Shown here in pieces: positions 34,608-44,009 of a DNA stretch of 64,000 nucleotides. How positions within the stretch are numbered: position 1 is the stretch's first letter; every line of letters begins with the position of its first letter. The position numbers and the translations under genes are program-made. The DNA comes from a virus (taxonomy: Duplodnaviria > Caudoviricetes), in IMG/VR virus record IMGVR_UViG_3300030511_000001, positions 1 through 64,000 of that record, one strand, 5' to 3'. The notes under the pieces are model-generated. The model did not search any database. It saw nothing but the letters and a program-made list of their open reading frames with translations, and was not told the origin of the DNA.

Positions 34608-34921
34608 GCGGCGGTCAGCTCGAGCTGCAGTTTCACAAACGGCCGAAGCGCGTTCGCGGCGCGAAGCCGCTCGCGAAGGGCGCCCGAATGCGCATCATCG
34701 AAACGCCCGACATGACGTCGTGGTCGCGCGCGGACGTCGGCGTCGTCGGGACGATCGGCGATCCCTACCCGATGAAGGACCGCTATGGCCGCCGCGGCGC
34801 GCGCGACGTCATCGGCTACTACTACTTTTTCCCCGACGACGGGCAGAAGCCGTGGAGGCACAGCGACGAGCCGATCGCCGTCACATCGTTGCAGGTCGAA
34901 CCGGTGGAGATCGAGCCGTGA
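34604..34921 (+). CDS. hypothetical protein
   Basis: GTGA overlap. Confidence 0.6.
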   Translation: MSGGQLELQFHKRPKRVRGAKPLAKGARMRIIETPDMTSWSRADVGVVGTIGDPYPMKDRYGRRGARDVIGYYYFFPDDGQKPWRHSDEPIAVTSLQVEPVEIEP

Positions 34922-35214
34922 CACCGCGCCGGTGGGAGGCGCGCCTCGTCAACGGCGGCCGCACGATCGTCGGCACGCGCGGCCACTACCTCGGCCACCA
35001 CGTGGGCCGCTTCCCGACGCTCGGCGCCTACGTCCTCGAGGCCGAGGCGGAGCCGTTCTGGCACTGGACGCTCGTGTGGCTGTACGCCGGCGCGTTCCAA
35101 GGCTCCATCTCCGTCGCCGCTTGGCCGACGCACTCGGTGAACGCGCTGCAGCGCGTCGTGAGGCCGTGGGAGTTCGACGCCCGCCCTCTGCCGCCGGAGG
35201 CGCACGATGCGTGA
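34918..35214 (+). CDS. hypothetical protein
   Basis: GTGA overlap. Confidence 0.55.
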   Translation: MTPRRWEARLVNGGRTIVGTRGHYLGHHVGRFPTLGAYVLEAEAEPFWHWTLVWLYAGAFQGSISVAAWPTHSVNALQRVVRPWEFDARPLPPEAHDA

Positions 35215-35569
35215 CGCCAGACAGCGCGCGCCGAAATGGGAGCAATGCCGCAAGTGCGGCCGCGGCGCCAGGCGCCTCGACGCGATCGCGCACGCGCCTC
35301 ATTGCCCGACGATGACGGCCGTGCACGAGATGGCCGAGATGCCGCTGCCGACGTCCTCGGCGCAGACGCTCGAGGCGAAGGTGTGGGCGTGGCTCGAGTC
35401 CGGGCCCATGATGGACATCCACGCCGATCTCGACGTGCTGCCGTGCATTCGTGCCGCCGGCTGCTCGCTCAGCGACGCGATCGACGCGCTGATGGCCGAC
35501 CGCTTCGGCCCGATCGCGCGCATGTTCGACCGCGTGCTCGTCGTGGCCGGACGGCCGCTGCGCCGTTGA
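35207..35569 (+). CDS. hypothetical protein
   Basis: GGAGG RBS, CRKC. Confidence 0.6.
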   Translation: MRDARQRAPKWEQCRKCGRGARRLDAIAHAPHCPTMTAVHEMAEMPLPTSSAQTLEAKVWAWLESGPMMDIHADLDVLPCIRAAGCSLSDAIDALMADRFGPIARMFDRVLVVAGRPLRR

Positions 35570-35593
35570 CACCCATTCGGCGTGACGTATACT
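35566..35593 (+). promoter_or_regulatory. sigma70-type promoter with repeated motif
   Basis: TTGACA-16 nt-TATACT; TTCGGCGTGACG. Confidence 0.8.
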
Positions 35594-35617
35594 CGCTCCA
35601 CGTCGCGTAAGCCGGCA

Positions 35618-35736
35618 TGACGGAGCGCGACTTGGGGGAGGTCGCGGGTTCGAATCCCGTCCCCGGCTCCGCCGGGGTAGTCGCGGCGGGAAAGTCTGAC
35701 GGAAACTCTCGACTCTTTCCGTCACACCTGACGGAA
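35618..35736 (+). ncRNA. circularly permuted tRNA-like element (YrlA-like topology)
   Basis: T-arm GCGGG-TTCGAAT-CCCGT, hairpin acceptor CCCCGGC-TCC-GCCGGGG, then TA and GTC...GAC D-like arm, closed by TGACGGAG/TTCCGTCA. Confidence 0.6.
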
Positions 35737-35773
35737 CGCGCGAAGTCCCGGGCCCCTTTGCTACGCTCGCCGC

Positions 35774-36655
35774 ATGTCGTCAGCGGCCAAGGCGTTCCAG
35801 CGCCGGATCCTCGAGCACGTCGAGGAAGTCGAGTACGTGAAGGAGCACGCCAGGCGCGTCGCCGAGACGGTCATCGCCCGCGTCGACGTCCGCGAGCTCG
35901 CGCAGAACAGCGCCGGCGTCGTCGAGCGGATCATCGCCACCCTGCTCGCGGAACTCGGCCCCGCATCTCGCCGCCTCGCCACGCTGTCGGCCACCTACGC
36001 CGTCTTCCTCGGCTTGCCGAAGCTGACCGCGGCGCAGGTCCGGCAGCTCGCCGAGGAGGCGTCGACGAAGTTCTTCGCGTTCGCTTCGCCGGCGATGACC
36101 GACGCAGGGCTGCAGGTGAGCTCGCGCATCAACGACATGGTGGCCGCCGGCGTCGATCCTGCCGGCGTGAACGCCGCCCTGAGCTCGAGGGAAGGCCCGC
36201 GCGCGCTGATGGTCCCCCTCGCCGCGGTGACGAAGCGCGTCTCGGCGAGCTGGATGCAGTTCGTCGATCGAGACATCAACGACGCCGCGGTGTCGCTGGC
36301 CGTCGATCCCCCAAAGACGCGCGCCCGCGACCGCGTATTCGGGGAGAAAATCTTCTCCTTCGTCGTCGACGCCCGCCCGTTCACGTGGATCGCCGTCATG
36401 GACGGCCACACGTGCGACGGCGAGTTCCCCTTCGCTTGCGCGCCACGCCACGGCCAGCGCCGGACGCTGATCGAGTGGCGGTACCACGGTCTGCCGGGCT
36501 CGCCGGTGCTCGTCTGCTCGATGCACGCTCCTCGAGGCGCTTCCCCCTGCCGGTGCGTCCTGGCGAGCCCGAAAGACCTCGAGGCGATCGAGGCGCTGGA
36601 AGCGATCGACGCGGCCGACGCGATCAAGCGCGGCAAGGCCCGCGCGCGACGCTGA
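35774..36655 (+). CDS. head morphogenesis / minor capsid protein (SPP1 gp7 / Mu gpF-like)
   Basis: W.AVMD.HTC...C...HG...H....CRC C-terminal motif; upstream of scaffold. Confidence 0.7.
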   Translation: MSSAAKAFQRRILEHVEEVEYVKEHARRVAETVIARVDVRELAQNSAGVVERIIATLLAELGPASRRLATLSATYAVFLGLPKLTAAQVRQLAEEASTKFFAFASPAMTDAGLQVSSRINDMVAAGVDPAGVNAALSSREGPRALMVPLAAVTKRVSASWMQFVDRDINDAAVSLAVDPPKTRARDRVFGEKIFSFVVDARPFTWIAVMDGHTCDGEFPFACAPRHGQRRTLIEWRYHGLPGSPVLVCSMHAPRGASPCRCVLASPKDLEAIEALEAIDAADAIKRGKARARR

Positions 36656-36886
36656 CCGACCCTCGGTTTCCCTAGGAAAACCAAGGTCCGGCTCGGCCTT
36701 TCCGCAGACGGGCCGCCCGCTCAGTCCGTTCTATGTAATGTCGAATGAGCGGCTTACGGCCTCGGTGTCGCGGAATCGTGGCACTTGACTTTTCGAATGC
36801 CAACCTGCGCACCATGGGCGAAATCGCGGCCGAGCCTGGGGTTCGGCCATCGTCCAAAAGCGGTTCCAAAACTCGGAGGCAATTGC

Positions 36887-37819
36887 ATGCAGCGTTTCCA
36901 CGTGCGCTCGGGCTGGGCCCATTTCCGCGCAACCATGGCTGAGCCGTTTTCCGGTCGTCGTTCCAGCACTCAGTTCTTCGAACCCCTGTGCATCGACGAT
37001 CCGAACGCCGGCGGCGGTGGGGGCGGTGGTGGGGGCGGCAACGACGGCGGCGGGAACAATGGCGGCGACGGTGGGGCCGGCGGCGCTGGTGGCGGCAATG
37101 CAGACGACGAGGCGGCAAAGAAGGCCGCCGAGGACCGGAAGCTCGCTGCGGAAGCGGCCGGGTGGCGCACGAAGTATCGGGATGAGCAGAAGAAATTCGG
37201 CGATTTCCAGACTTCCGCCACGGCGCAAATTGATGCGCTGAAGGCCGAACTCGAGGAGATGAAGTCGCGCGGCAATGGCAACGGCAACGGGAACCCCCAG
37301 CCTGGCGCCAACGGCCAACCCGCGATCGAAACCCACCCCGAGTTCGTGAAGATGCAGCGCCAGCTCACCGAAGTGACGAAGTCGCTGACGGCCGAGCGCG
37401 AAACCCTCGCGAAAGAGCGTGCGACGCTCAAAAACGAGAAGATTCAGCGCGCGGTCGGCGAGGTGGCCGGCGAGGGCAAGTTCCTCCTGCCGACCATCTT
37501 CCGCAAGGTGCTGGCCGAGAAGGTCGACATCGCCGCGGACGGCGCCCTCGTCATGAGGGTTCCCAACGAAGTCGGCGGCACCGATGAAGTGCCGTTCACC
37601 CTCGACAACGTCCTCAAGTACCGCCCGATCGACGAGTTCGACAGCTTCCTGCCGTCGAACGGTTCCAACGGTTCCGGCAACAACGGCGGCGGCAGCGGCA
37701 AGGGCCGTCAGAACGACGGTATCGACTGGGCGAAGGTCGAAGGCCCCGGAATGGACCTCGACTACATCCAGAAGAACGCGCAGAAGATCGCCGCCGCAAG
37801 GCTCGCACGACAGCAGTAA
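36887..37819 (+). CDS. capsid scaffolding protein
   Basis: Gly-rich repeat, coiled coil, Gly/Asn-rich tail; immediately before capsid; GGAGG RBS. Confidence 0.75.
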   Translation: MQRFHVRSGWAHFRATMAEPFSGRRSSTQFFEPLCIDDPNAGGGGGGGGGGNDGGGNNGGDGGAGGAGGGNADDEAAKKAAEDRKLAAEAAGWRTKYRDEQKKFGDFQTSATAQIDALKAELEEMKSRGNGNGNGNPQPGANGQPAIETHPEFVKMQRQLTEVTKSLTAERETLAKERATLKNEKIQRAVGEVAGEGKFLLPTIFRKVLAEKVDIAADGALVMRVPNEVGGTDEVPFTLDNVLKYRPIDEFDSFLPSNGSNGSGNNGGGSGKGRQNDGIDWAKVEGPGMDLDYIQKNAQKIAAARLARQQ

Positions 37820-37906
37820 CCAAGATCATTGCCGCAAGGGCTCAGCAGGGCTGAGGCAATGGGGCGCTGATCTCCAACTAGCACAAACAGTTAGGAGACA
37901 ACGCAG

Positions 37907-39133
37907 ATGGCTAACCAGTTCGACAAAATCGCGAGCGATATCACCTTCTTCGGTACGCTCGTCCTCGCGCAGCTCCGTCAGCAGCTCGCGCTCGTCAATC
38001 GCGTCAACACCGACTACAAGGGCGCTTCCTCGGCGGCCGGTCGGAAGATCAGCATCCCCGTGGTCGAGATGTCCGGCAGCGCGCAGACGCGCGGCATCGG
38101 CGGCGGCGTCACCCGCAACAGCGGTAAGGCGACGGCCGTCGAGGTGGTGATGCAGCAGATCACCTACTCGTGGGAGCTCGACAACCTCGAGGAGACGTTC
38201 TCCAACGTCAACACCGTCCTCGAGATGGCGCAGCGCGCCGCGATCAAGATGGCGGACGGCGTCGACGCGCTGCTCACCGGCCTCTGGCCGCTGATCCCGT
38301 ATCGCGTCGGCCCGCTCGACGGCTCGGGTCTCTTCAACCCGACCGACAAGGTGAAGGCGTTCGCTCAGGCCCGCAAGGCCCTGAAGGACAACCTCGCCCC
38401 GACCGACCGTCTGTTCATGATCCTCGGCACCACCGAGGAGCTGAACCTCACCACGCTCGACATCTACACCCAGGCGCAGCAGTCGGGCGATCCGACGCAG
38501 CTTCGCACGGGTGCACTCAAGCCGATCATGGGCGTGCAGCCGTACGCCTCGCAGGCCGTGCCGACGAACATCACGTTCACGCCGGCCGACAACACCGGCT
38601 GGAACACCCCGACCACCTCGGGCGTGAACGCCATCGGCGCGACGACGCTGAACGTGGCCGGTCTCGCCAATGGCGCGACCATCACCAAGGGCAGCATCTT
38701 CACCATCGCCGGCGGCGGCACCATGCCGAACGGTCAGCCGCAGCCGTATTCGGTCACGGCCGACGTCGTCGCCAGCGGCGGCGGCGCCGCGGCGCTTCCG
38801 ATCTCGCCCGCGCTGAAGGCGGCGCCGGCGAACGGTGCGACGATCACGCCGGTGGCCTACACCGGCACCCACTCCATCAACCTCATCGCGGACCCGAGCG
38901 CGTATCTGTTCGTCGTTCGTCCGCAGGCCGCGGTTCCTCCGGGCGCCGGCGTCCTGCAGATGGACTTCACCGACCCCGTGTCGCAGCTCACCTTCCGTCT
39001 GTCGATCGAGGCGAACATCGCCCGCGACAACGCTGCGGGCCGCGCGTACACCACCGTGTGGACGCTCGACCTGCTCGCCGGCGCGAACATCGTTCGTCCG
39101 GAGCTGGCGGTGCGCGCCGAGGGCGAGGCGTAG
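37907..39133 (+). CDS. major capsid protein (P22 coat-like, with beta-sandwich insertion)
   Basis: MAN...LVNRVNTDY..., ELDN, LAP...R; insertion GATTLNV...ITKGSIFTIAG...ALPISPAL. Confidence 0.85.
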   Translation: MANQFDKIASDITFFGTLVLAQLRQQLALVNRVNTDYKGASSAAGRKISIPVVEMSGSAQTRGIGGGVTRNSGKATAVEVVMQQITYSWELDNLEETFSNVNTVLEMAQRAAIKMADGVDALLTGLWPLIPYRVGPLDGSGLFNPTDKVKAFAQARKALKDNLAPTDRLFMILGTTEELNLTTLDIYTQAQQSGDPTQLRTGALKPIMGVQPYASQAVPTNITFTPADNTGWNTPTTSGVNAIGATTLNVAGLANGATITKGSIFTIAGGGTMPNGQPQPYSVTADVVASGGGAAALPISPALKAAPANGATITPVAYTGTHSINLIADPSAYLFVVRPQAAVPPGAGVLQMDFTDPVSQLTFRLSIEANIARDNAAGRAYTTVWTLDLLAGANIVRPELAVRAEGEA

Positions 39134-39168
39134 TCGGTTGTTCTCTCGTTCACATAGTCGCTTTGGGC

Positions 39169-39201
39169 ACGGCGGGGCTAACACCCCCGCCGTCGCTTTT
39201 T
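39169..39201 (+). terminator. intrinsic terminator
   Basis: ACGGCGGGG/CCCCGCCGT plus T-run. Confidence 0.85.
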
Positions 39202-39214
39202 CCGGAGGCGGCCG

Positions 39215-39535
39215 ATGAAGCGGCCGATGACCGACACGTGGCCGGAGCGCATCTACGTCGCCGCGCGCGGCGAGTGCGTCTTCACGTCCGTGCACGATGC
39301 CGACTCCGGCGTCTCACTCCCGAACACCCAACGCGTCGACCTGTCGATCGGCTGCGAGGGGTTCATCACGGCCACCGTCACGGCGCTCCGCGTCGACGCC
39401 GAGGGCCAGATCGAAATCGACGTCGACGAGCAACGCGCGGCGACATTCACCCGCACCTTCATCGTGCAGCCATTCGAGCAGTTCGGCTTCACGTGCGAGC
39501 CCGCGGAAACCCCGGAGGCCACCGATGAGCAGTGA
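39215..39535 (+). CDS. hypothetical protein
   Basis: GGAGG RBS. Confidence 0.6.
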   Translation: MKRPMTDTWPERIYVAARGECVFTSVHDADSGVSLPNTQRVDLSIGCEGFITATVTALRVDAEGQIEIDVDEQRAATFTRTFIVQPFEQFGFTCEPAETPEATDEQ

Positions 39536-40232
39536 TCCGCAGACCACCCACGCCGGCGCTACGCCTGGCACGAAGCCCGAGCTCTCGCTCTCGTCGCGAG
39601 CGTTGGATCTCATCCTCGAGTACGAGGGTTTCGACCGCGGCGGGTGGCCTGGTGGCGCCTCGGGCATCACGATCGGCTACGGCTACGACCTCGGCTACCA
39701 CACGCTCGGTGAGTTCGCGAAGGACTGGCGCACGCACCTGAGCATCAACGACTACCAGAAGCTCCGCGCGTGCGTCGGCATCAAAGGCACGCGCGCGCAG
39801 GCCCGTTCGCGCATCCTCAGCGGCATCAAGATCAGCCGCGAGGCCGCACGAGCGGTGTTCGCGAGCGCGTCGATTCCGAAGGCGATCACGGCGACACTCG
39901 CCGCGTTCCCTGGCGTCGAGAAGCTGCCGGCCGACGCCGCCGGCGCGCTCATCTCGCTCGTGTTCAACCGCGGCGGGCGTCTTTCGGACAACGATCCTCG
40001 GTTGCAGGAACGCCGCGAAATGCGCGCGATCCGCGCGGCCGTGGCGGCGGGCGACCTGATGGAGATCGCGATGCAGCTCCGCTCCATGGTTCGTCTGTGG
40101 GAGGGGAAGGGCCTGGGTGGCCTCATTCGCCGGCGCGAGGCCGAGGCCGCCCTCGTCGAATCCTGCATCGAGGGCGCGCCCGGCGCCCCTTCCACCACAC
40201 CCGCCAAGGCCACGGGCGCCGCGGCGAAATAA
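39525..40232 (+). CDS. endolysin, lysozyme-like (GH24-related) muramidase
   Basis: ILEYEG, SGITIGYGYDLG, ALISLVFNRG, GLIRRREAEA. Confidence 0.85.
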   Translation: MSSDPQTTHAGATPGTKPELSLSSRALDLILEYEGFDRGGWPGGASGITIGYGYDLGYHTLGEFAKDWRTHLSINDYQKLRACVGIKGTRAQARSRILSGIKISREAARAVFASASIPKAITATLAAFPGVEKLPADAAGALISLVFNRGGRLSDNDPRLQERREMRAIRAAVAAGDLMEIAMQLRSMVRLWEGKGLGGLIRRREAEAALVESCIEGAPGAPSTTPAKATGAAAK

Positions 40233-40242
40233 CGGAGGTTCC

Positions 40243-40677
40243 ATGCGTCACCTGACCCGCACCGTTCTCCTTCTTCTCACGCTTCTCACCCTGGCCGGCT
40301 GTTTCGCCTCGAGCGGATCGACGCCGGCGCCGGTGGTGACGCCGCCCGACACCGCGACGTCGCCGGCGGACGAGATGAGCAAGCTGCCGGACCTGCTCAA
40401 AATCACCACGCCCGAGCAAGCCGAGGACGTCTTCTTCTCCATCGTCAAGATCGTGAAGAAGACGAGCGACGCCGTCGAGGCCGAGCCGATCAAGACGCCG
40501 GCCGACGAGAAGGCGCACAAGGCCGTGAAGGATGCCGTCCGCACCTTCAAAGCCGCGGCCCGTACCGTCTATCCCGCGATCGAGCTGTGGCGAAGCGTCG
40601 GCGATCGCGCCACTTGGGACCGCGAGGCGCCGAAGTTCCTCGCCGCCGCGGTCAAAGTCGCAACGGAGGTGAAGTAG
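40243..40677 (+). CDS. lipoprotein (spanin-like position)
   Basis: lipobox LAGC after hydrophobic core; follows endolysin. Confidence 0.75.
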   Translation: MRHLTRTVLLLLTLLTLAGCFASSGSTPAPVVTPPDTATSPADEMSKLPDLLKITTPEQAEDVFFSIVKIVKKTSDAVEAEPIKTPADEKAHKAVKDAVRTFKAAARTVYPAIELWRSVGDRATWDREAPKFLAAAVKVATEVK

Positions 40678-40679
40678 CC

Positions 40680-40895
40680 ATGCCGAAGCTGAGCATTTCC
40701 GATCCGACCGTCCGCGCAGTGCTCGTGAAGGCGCTGAAGATCGGCGTCAAGACGTTCGTCCCCGGCGGGGGCGCCATCGTCGCCGGCGCTGAGGCGTTGT
40801 GGGAGGCGTACCGCGACGCGCTGATGAACGAGTTCAGCGTGCCCGTCGAGGAGCGCGCCGCGCTGCTCGAGTGGATCGCCACCGACGACGAGTAG
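40680..40895 (+). CDS. small hypothetical protein
   Basis: GGAGG RBS. Confidence 0.6.
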   Translation: MPKLSISDPTVRAVLVKALKIGVKTFVPGGGAIVAGAEALWEAYRDALMNEFSVPVEERAALLEWIATDDE

Positions 40896-40982
40896 ACCGC
40901 CATCACCGTCCACCACTGACCGGGGCGGCCTCGCCTGATGCGCTGGCCGCCGCCGGATCCCGACTTCTACAGGAGGTTTTTC

Positions 40983-41687
40983 ATGAGCGAAACAGCCACG
41001 ATCCTACCGGGCGAGCAGCGCCCGATGGTGTGGATGTACATGCCGCCGGACGGGACGCCGATGCCGTGTCTGGCCGACAAAGTCGCCTACGCGCGCGGCC
41101 TCGGATACGAGGAATGCAACCCGCCCGACGCGGAGCGTAAGCCCGTCAGCGACGTCATCCCCGAGGAGACCGCCGCCGACCACGAGGAGCGCGTCGCGCG
41201 CGAGCTCGAGGAGCGGCAGGCCGCCGTGGCCGAGCAGCTTGCGGCGATCGGCGTGGTGCGGCCGCCGAACATCGGCTGCGCCGACTGCGGCGGTTCTGGA
41301 CTTTGCCCGAAAGGCGCCGTTGCGCCGTGCTGGACGTGTTATCCCGAGGCCCGCGAGGCCGCTGAAGCCGCGGCGAAGGGCCCCAACCTCGAGGACGACT
41401 CGCCCACGCTCGGCGGCAGCGACAACGGCGACGTGATCGACGGCCTGCCGGCCGACACGACCACGATCACCGTCACCGGGACCGGATTCGAGCCCACGAA
41501 CACCGTGAAGCTCGACACGACGACTCCGCGGAGCTGCAATATGGCCGGCTGCAAGGGCCTCTGCGGAATCTGCCCGCCACCGAAGAAGGTCACGGTGCGC
41601 GCGGGGCGTGAGCTGAACAAGAATCGCCGCGCCCTCGGCCTCGACCCTCTCAAGATCGTCGACGGCGTCGTGAAAGGCGGTGCGTGA
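40983..41687 (+). CDS. hypothetical protein with two Cys clusters
   Basis: AGGAGG RBS; CADC.GSG.C...CWTC; C..AGC.G.CGIC. Confidence 0.65.
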   Translation: MSETATILPGEQRPMVWMYMPPDGTPMPCLADKVAYARGLGYEECNPPDAERKPVSDVIPEETAADHEERVARELEERQAAVAEQLAAIGVVRPPNIGCADCGGSGLCPKGAVAPCWTCYPEAREAAEAAAKGPNLEDDSPTLGGSDNGDVIDGLPADTTTITVTGTGFEPTNTVKLDTTTPRSCNMAGCKGLCGICPPPKKVTVRAGRELNKNRRALGLDPLKIVDGVVKGGA

Positions 41688-42169
41688 TGCAGGAGCCGAC
41701 CATCACCACGCCCGTCATCATGGGCGTCGACCCGGCGGGACCGGAGGGCGATCGCACCGTCGTCCGCGCCTTTCCGCGTGCTGCTGTAGAGCAGCTATCC
41801 GGCATCTCGGGAGATGCTGAAGAGCAGCCGATTGACAGCCAAACGGCTGCCGATCGGATCAACAGCAGCCTCCCGCCCGTCCAGGCGAAGCGGCCGAATG
41901 TCGCGCTCATGAAGAAGTGGAGCGCCGACCCGGTCAAGTTCGCGCACGACATCGGCGTGAAGCTCGACCGCGAGGAAGCGAAGGTTCTCCGGCGCGCGAT
42001 GCGCGGCGACATGCCCACCGGACGCCGGAAGAAGGACATCCTCGAGGCGGTGCGCGTGAAGATCGAAAACGCGCTGCAGCGCATCCACGAAGCCGACACC
42101 GCCGGAACGCTCGTGCGTCCCCAGGCCGTGCCGTCGCTCGAGCCGGAGGTGTCCGATGGCGGCGAGTGA
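41684..42169 (+). CDS. hypothetical protein with TerL N-terminus-like motif
   Basis: KKWSADPVKFAHDI. Confidence 0.6.
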   Translation: MMQEPTITTPVIMGVDPAGPEGDRTVVRAFPRAAVEQLSGISGDAEEQPIDSQTAADRINSSLPPVQAKRPNVALMKKWSADPVKFAHDIGVKLDREEAKVLRRAMRGDMPTGRRKKDILEAVRVKIENALQRIHEADTAGTLVRPQAVPSLEPEVSDGGE

Positions 42170-42695
42170 GCTGACGATCGACGTCTCCGGGCAGCTTCGC
42201 GAGTGGTACGACAACCCGATCGCCTTCACCGAGGCGCTGATCCTCGGCCGACCGATGAACCGCCACGAGATGCGCGTGGTCAACGCGTTGTTTTCCGCCG
42301 GGCATGAGACACCCGACCCCGCGCGCGACATCATGGAGTATCTGAAGCCCCAGGCGTTGCGGATCGTCGCGGCGCTCGGCCTGAACACCGACTCCGGCCG
42401 CCGGCGACGCCGGAAGGCCGGCCATCTCGAGACGTTGCGCGCGTTTCGCCAGCAGCCCGACATCTACCCGGCGCTCCGCTATGAGCACCGGTGGATTCGC
42501 TCGCGCTGCGGCTTCTGCCGCGCGCTGTACGCCTCGGAAACGTTCATCAGCTTCGTGCAGCTCATGACCGGACGCCGGATGTACGTGCTCGAGCGCGAGG
42601 ACGTGCTCGACTGCGGCCACCCGTCCGCCTTGCTGTACCCCGTGGAGTGGGAGCGCGATGGCCGGCCGGTCCCCTGCGCCAGCAAGGGCGCGTGA
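42156..42695 (+). CDS. hypothetical protein with TerL N-terminus-like motif and Zn motif
   Basis: REWYDNPIAFTE; CGFC...CGH. Confidence 0.6.
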   Translation: MAASELTIDVSGQLREWYDNPIAFTEALILGRPMNRHEMRVVNALFSAGHETPDPARDIMEYLKPQALRIVAALGLNTDSGRRRRRKAGHLETLRAFRQQPDIYPALRYEHRWIRSRCGFCRALYASETFISFVQLMTGRRMYVLEREDVLDCGHPSALLYPVEWERDGRPVPCASKGA

Positions 42696-43005
42696 GATCG
42701 AACCGGAGCGCCGGCGCGAGCTCGTCGAGCACGTCCGGCGCCGCGCTTTCGAGCGCATCGGCTCCGATTTCGAGATTACCGACTCGCGGTACGACGAACT
42801 GCGCCGGCGGTGCCGTGAGCGCCGCGGGCGCCATGTCGGCGGTCGTGGCACGGGGGAGATTTGGCGCCTCGTCGTGTGGGGTGGCGTCGTCCTCTACGCC
42901 ATCTTCGTCCGGGCCGATGACGAGCTCGTGACCCTTGTAAGCGAGGAGATGTTTCGGGAAAACTGGGTTGCGACGTATCCGTCCAACGGCCGCAGCAGGA
43001 AGTGA
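42658..43005 (+). CDS. hypothetical protein
   Basis: 115 aa. Confidence 0.55.
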   Translation: MAGRSPAPARAREIEPERRRELVEHVRRRAFERIGSDFEITDSRYDELRRRCRERRGRHVGGRGTGEIWRLVVWGGVVLYAIFVRADDELVTLVSEEMFRENWVATYPSNGRSRK

Positions 43006-43014
43006 GGAACGACC

Positions 43015-43497
43015 ATGGCGCTCACCAGCGAGCAGATCGACGTCATTCGACGGCAGTACATCCGCGACCTTTGGAAGCCGGCGGTGCCCAACGTCTCGCC
43101 GGCGGAAGGGCTGTCGCACTTCAACCTCGCGAACAAGCGGGCGTTCATCAGCGACGAAGGGCTGCATGCGAAGGCGGACCAAGTCAGCCGCGCGTTTCGC
43201 GATGAGCTCTCCGGCGTGTACGAGGACGAGTACTCCCGCCTGACGCGCGGCGGCGTTTCCGAGTCGGTGGCCGAGACCGACGCGACCGCGCTGCAAAACG
43301 ACGCCTTCTATCGGCTCATCCGAGCTGCCGTGTACGAGGACATGATGCTCGATGCCGGCTACGTCGGCTCCATCGCCGACAACGACCAGCGCACCGCCCT
43401 GTTCAAGACGTGGGAGAAACAGATCATCCGCGATCGCCAGTTCACGCGCCAGCGCACGACGCCGGCGCTGCGATCGCTGCCGCTCGAGCGGTTCTGA
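43015..43497 (+). CDS. probable head-tail adaptor/neck protein
   Basis: helical 160 aa preceding neck genes (position-based). Confidence 0.5.
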   Translation: MALTSEQIDVIRRQYIRDLWKPAVPNVSPAEGLSHFNLANKRAFISDEGLHAKADQVSRAFRDELSGVYEDEYSRLTRGGVSESVAETDATALQNDAFYRLIRAAVYEDMMLDAGYVGSIADNDQRTALFKTWEKQIIRDRQFTRQRTTPALRSLPLERF

Positions 43498-43505
43498 GGT
43501 GCGCC

Positions 43506-44009
43506 ATGCCGTTCGGAGTCACGACCACATTCACGGGCAACGCCGGCGGGAAGCTGCGCGATCTTGCGCGCCGTATCGTCGAGACGCGGCCGCTCGTCGA
43601 CGCGGCCACGCTCCGCGCGAGCGAGTCCATGAAGCGGAACATCCAGCAGTCGCGGAGCCCGGAGGGCGAGCCGTACGCGCCGCTCTCCGAATTCACGCTG
43701 CAGAACCGAACCGGCGACAGCATGATCCCCCTGAAGGACACGCTGATGCTGTTCCACAGCATTCATCCGGAAACGCGCAGCGATGTCACTGGGTGGGCTG
43801 GGCCCCTCGGCCTCGACGCGTACTACTACGCCTACCAGAATCAGGGTACGAGCAAACGCGGCAACTTCCGCAAGGGCGAGACGGTGACGCCTGGCATCAA
43901 AGCCCGGCCGTTCATCGGCATCCGCGATGAGGATTTGCCGGGCTACCAGGAAGACGCCGCGCGCTTCGTGCGCGCCGTGCTGCTCGTGACCGCCGGGAGA
44001 TTCAACTGA
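43506..44009 (+). CDS. virion morphogenesis protein (Mu gpG / P2 gpS-like)
   Basis: SPEGEPYAPLS...L.DT..L..SI...YA.YQN.G...I.ARPFIGI. Confidence 0.85.
   Translation: MPFGVTTTFTGNAGGKLRDLARRIVETRPLVDAATLRASESMKRNIQQSRSPEGEPYAPLSEFTLQNRTGDSMIPLKDTLMLFHSIHPETRSDVTGWAGPLGLDAYYYAYQNQGTSKRGNFRKGETVTPGIKARPFIGIRDEDLPGYQEDAARFVRAVLLVTAGRFN

Noticed and set aside
36779-36800. TGGCAC as a sigma54 -24 box
   Set aside because: No TTGC at the required -12 spacing
37010-37095. GGCGGY repeat tract
   Set aside because: Encodes an ordinary Gly-rich linker of the scaffold protein
41478-41500. GGATTCGAGCCC resembling a reverse tRNA T-loop
   Set aside because: Inside a coding frame (GTGFEPT) with no other tRNA arms
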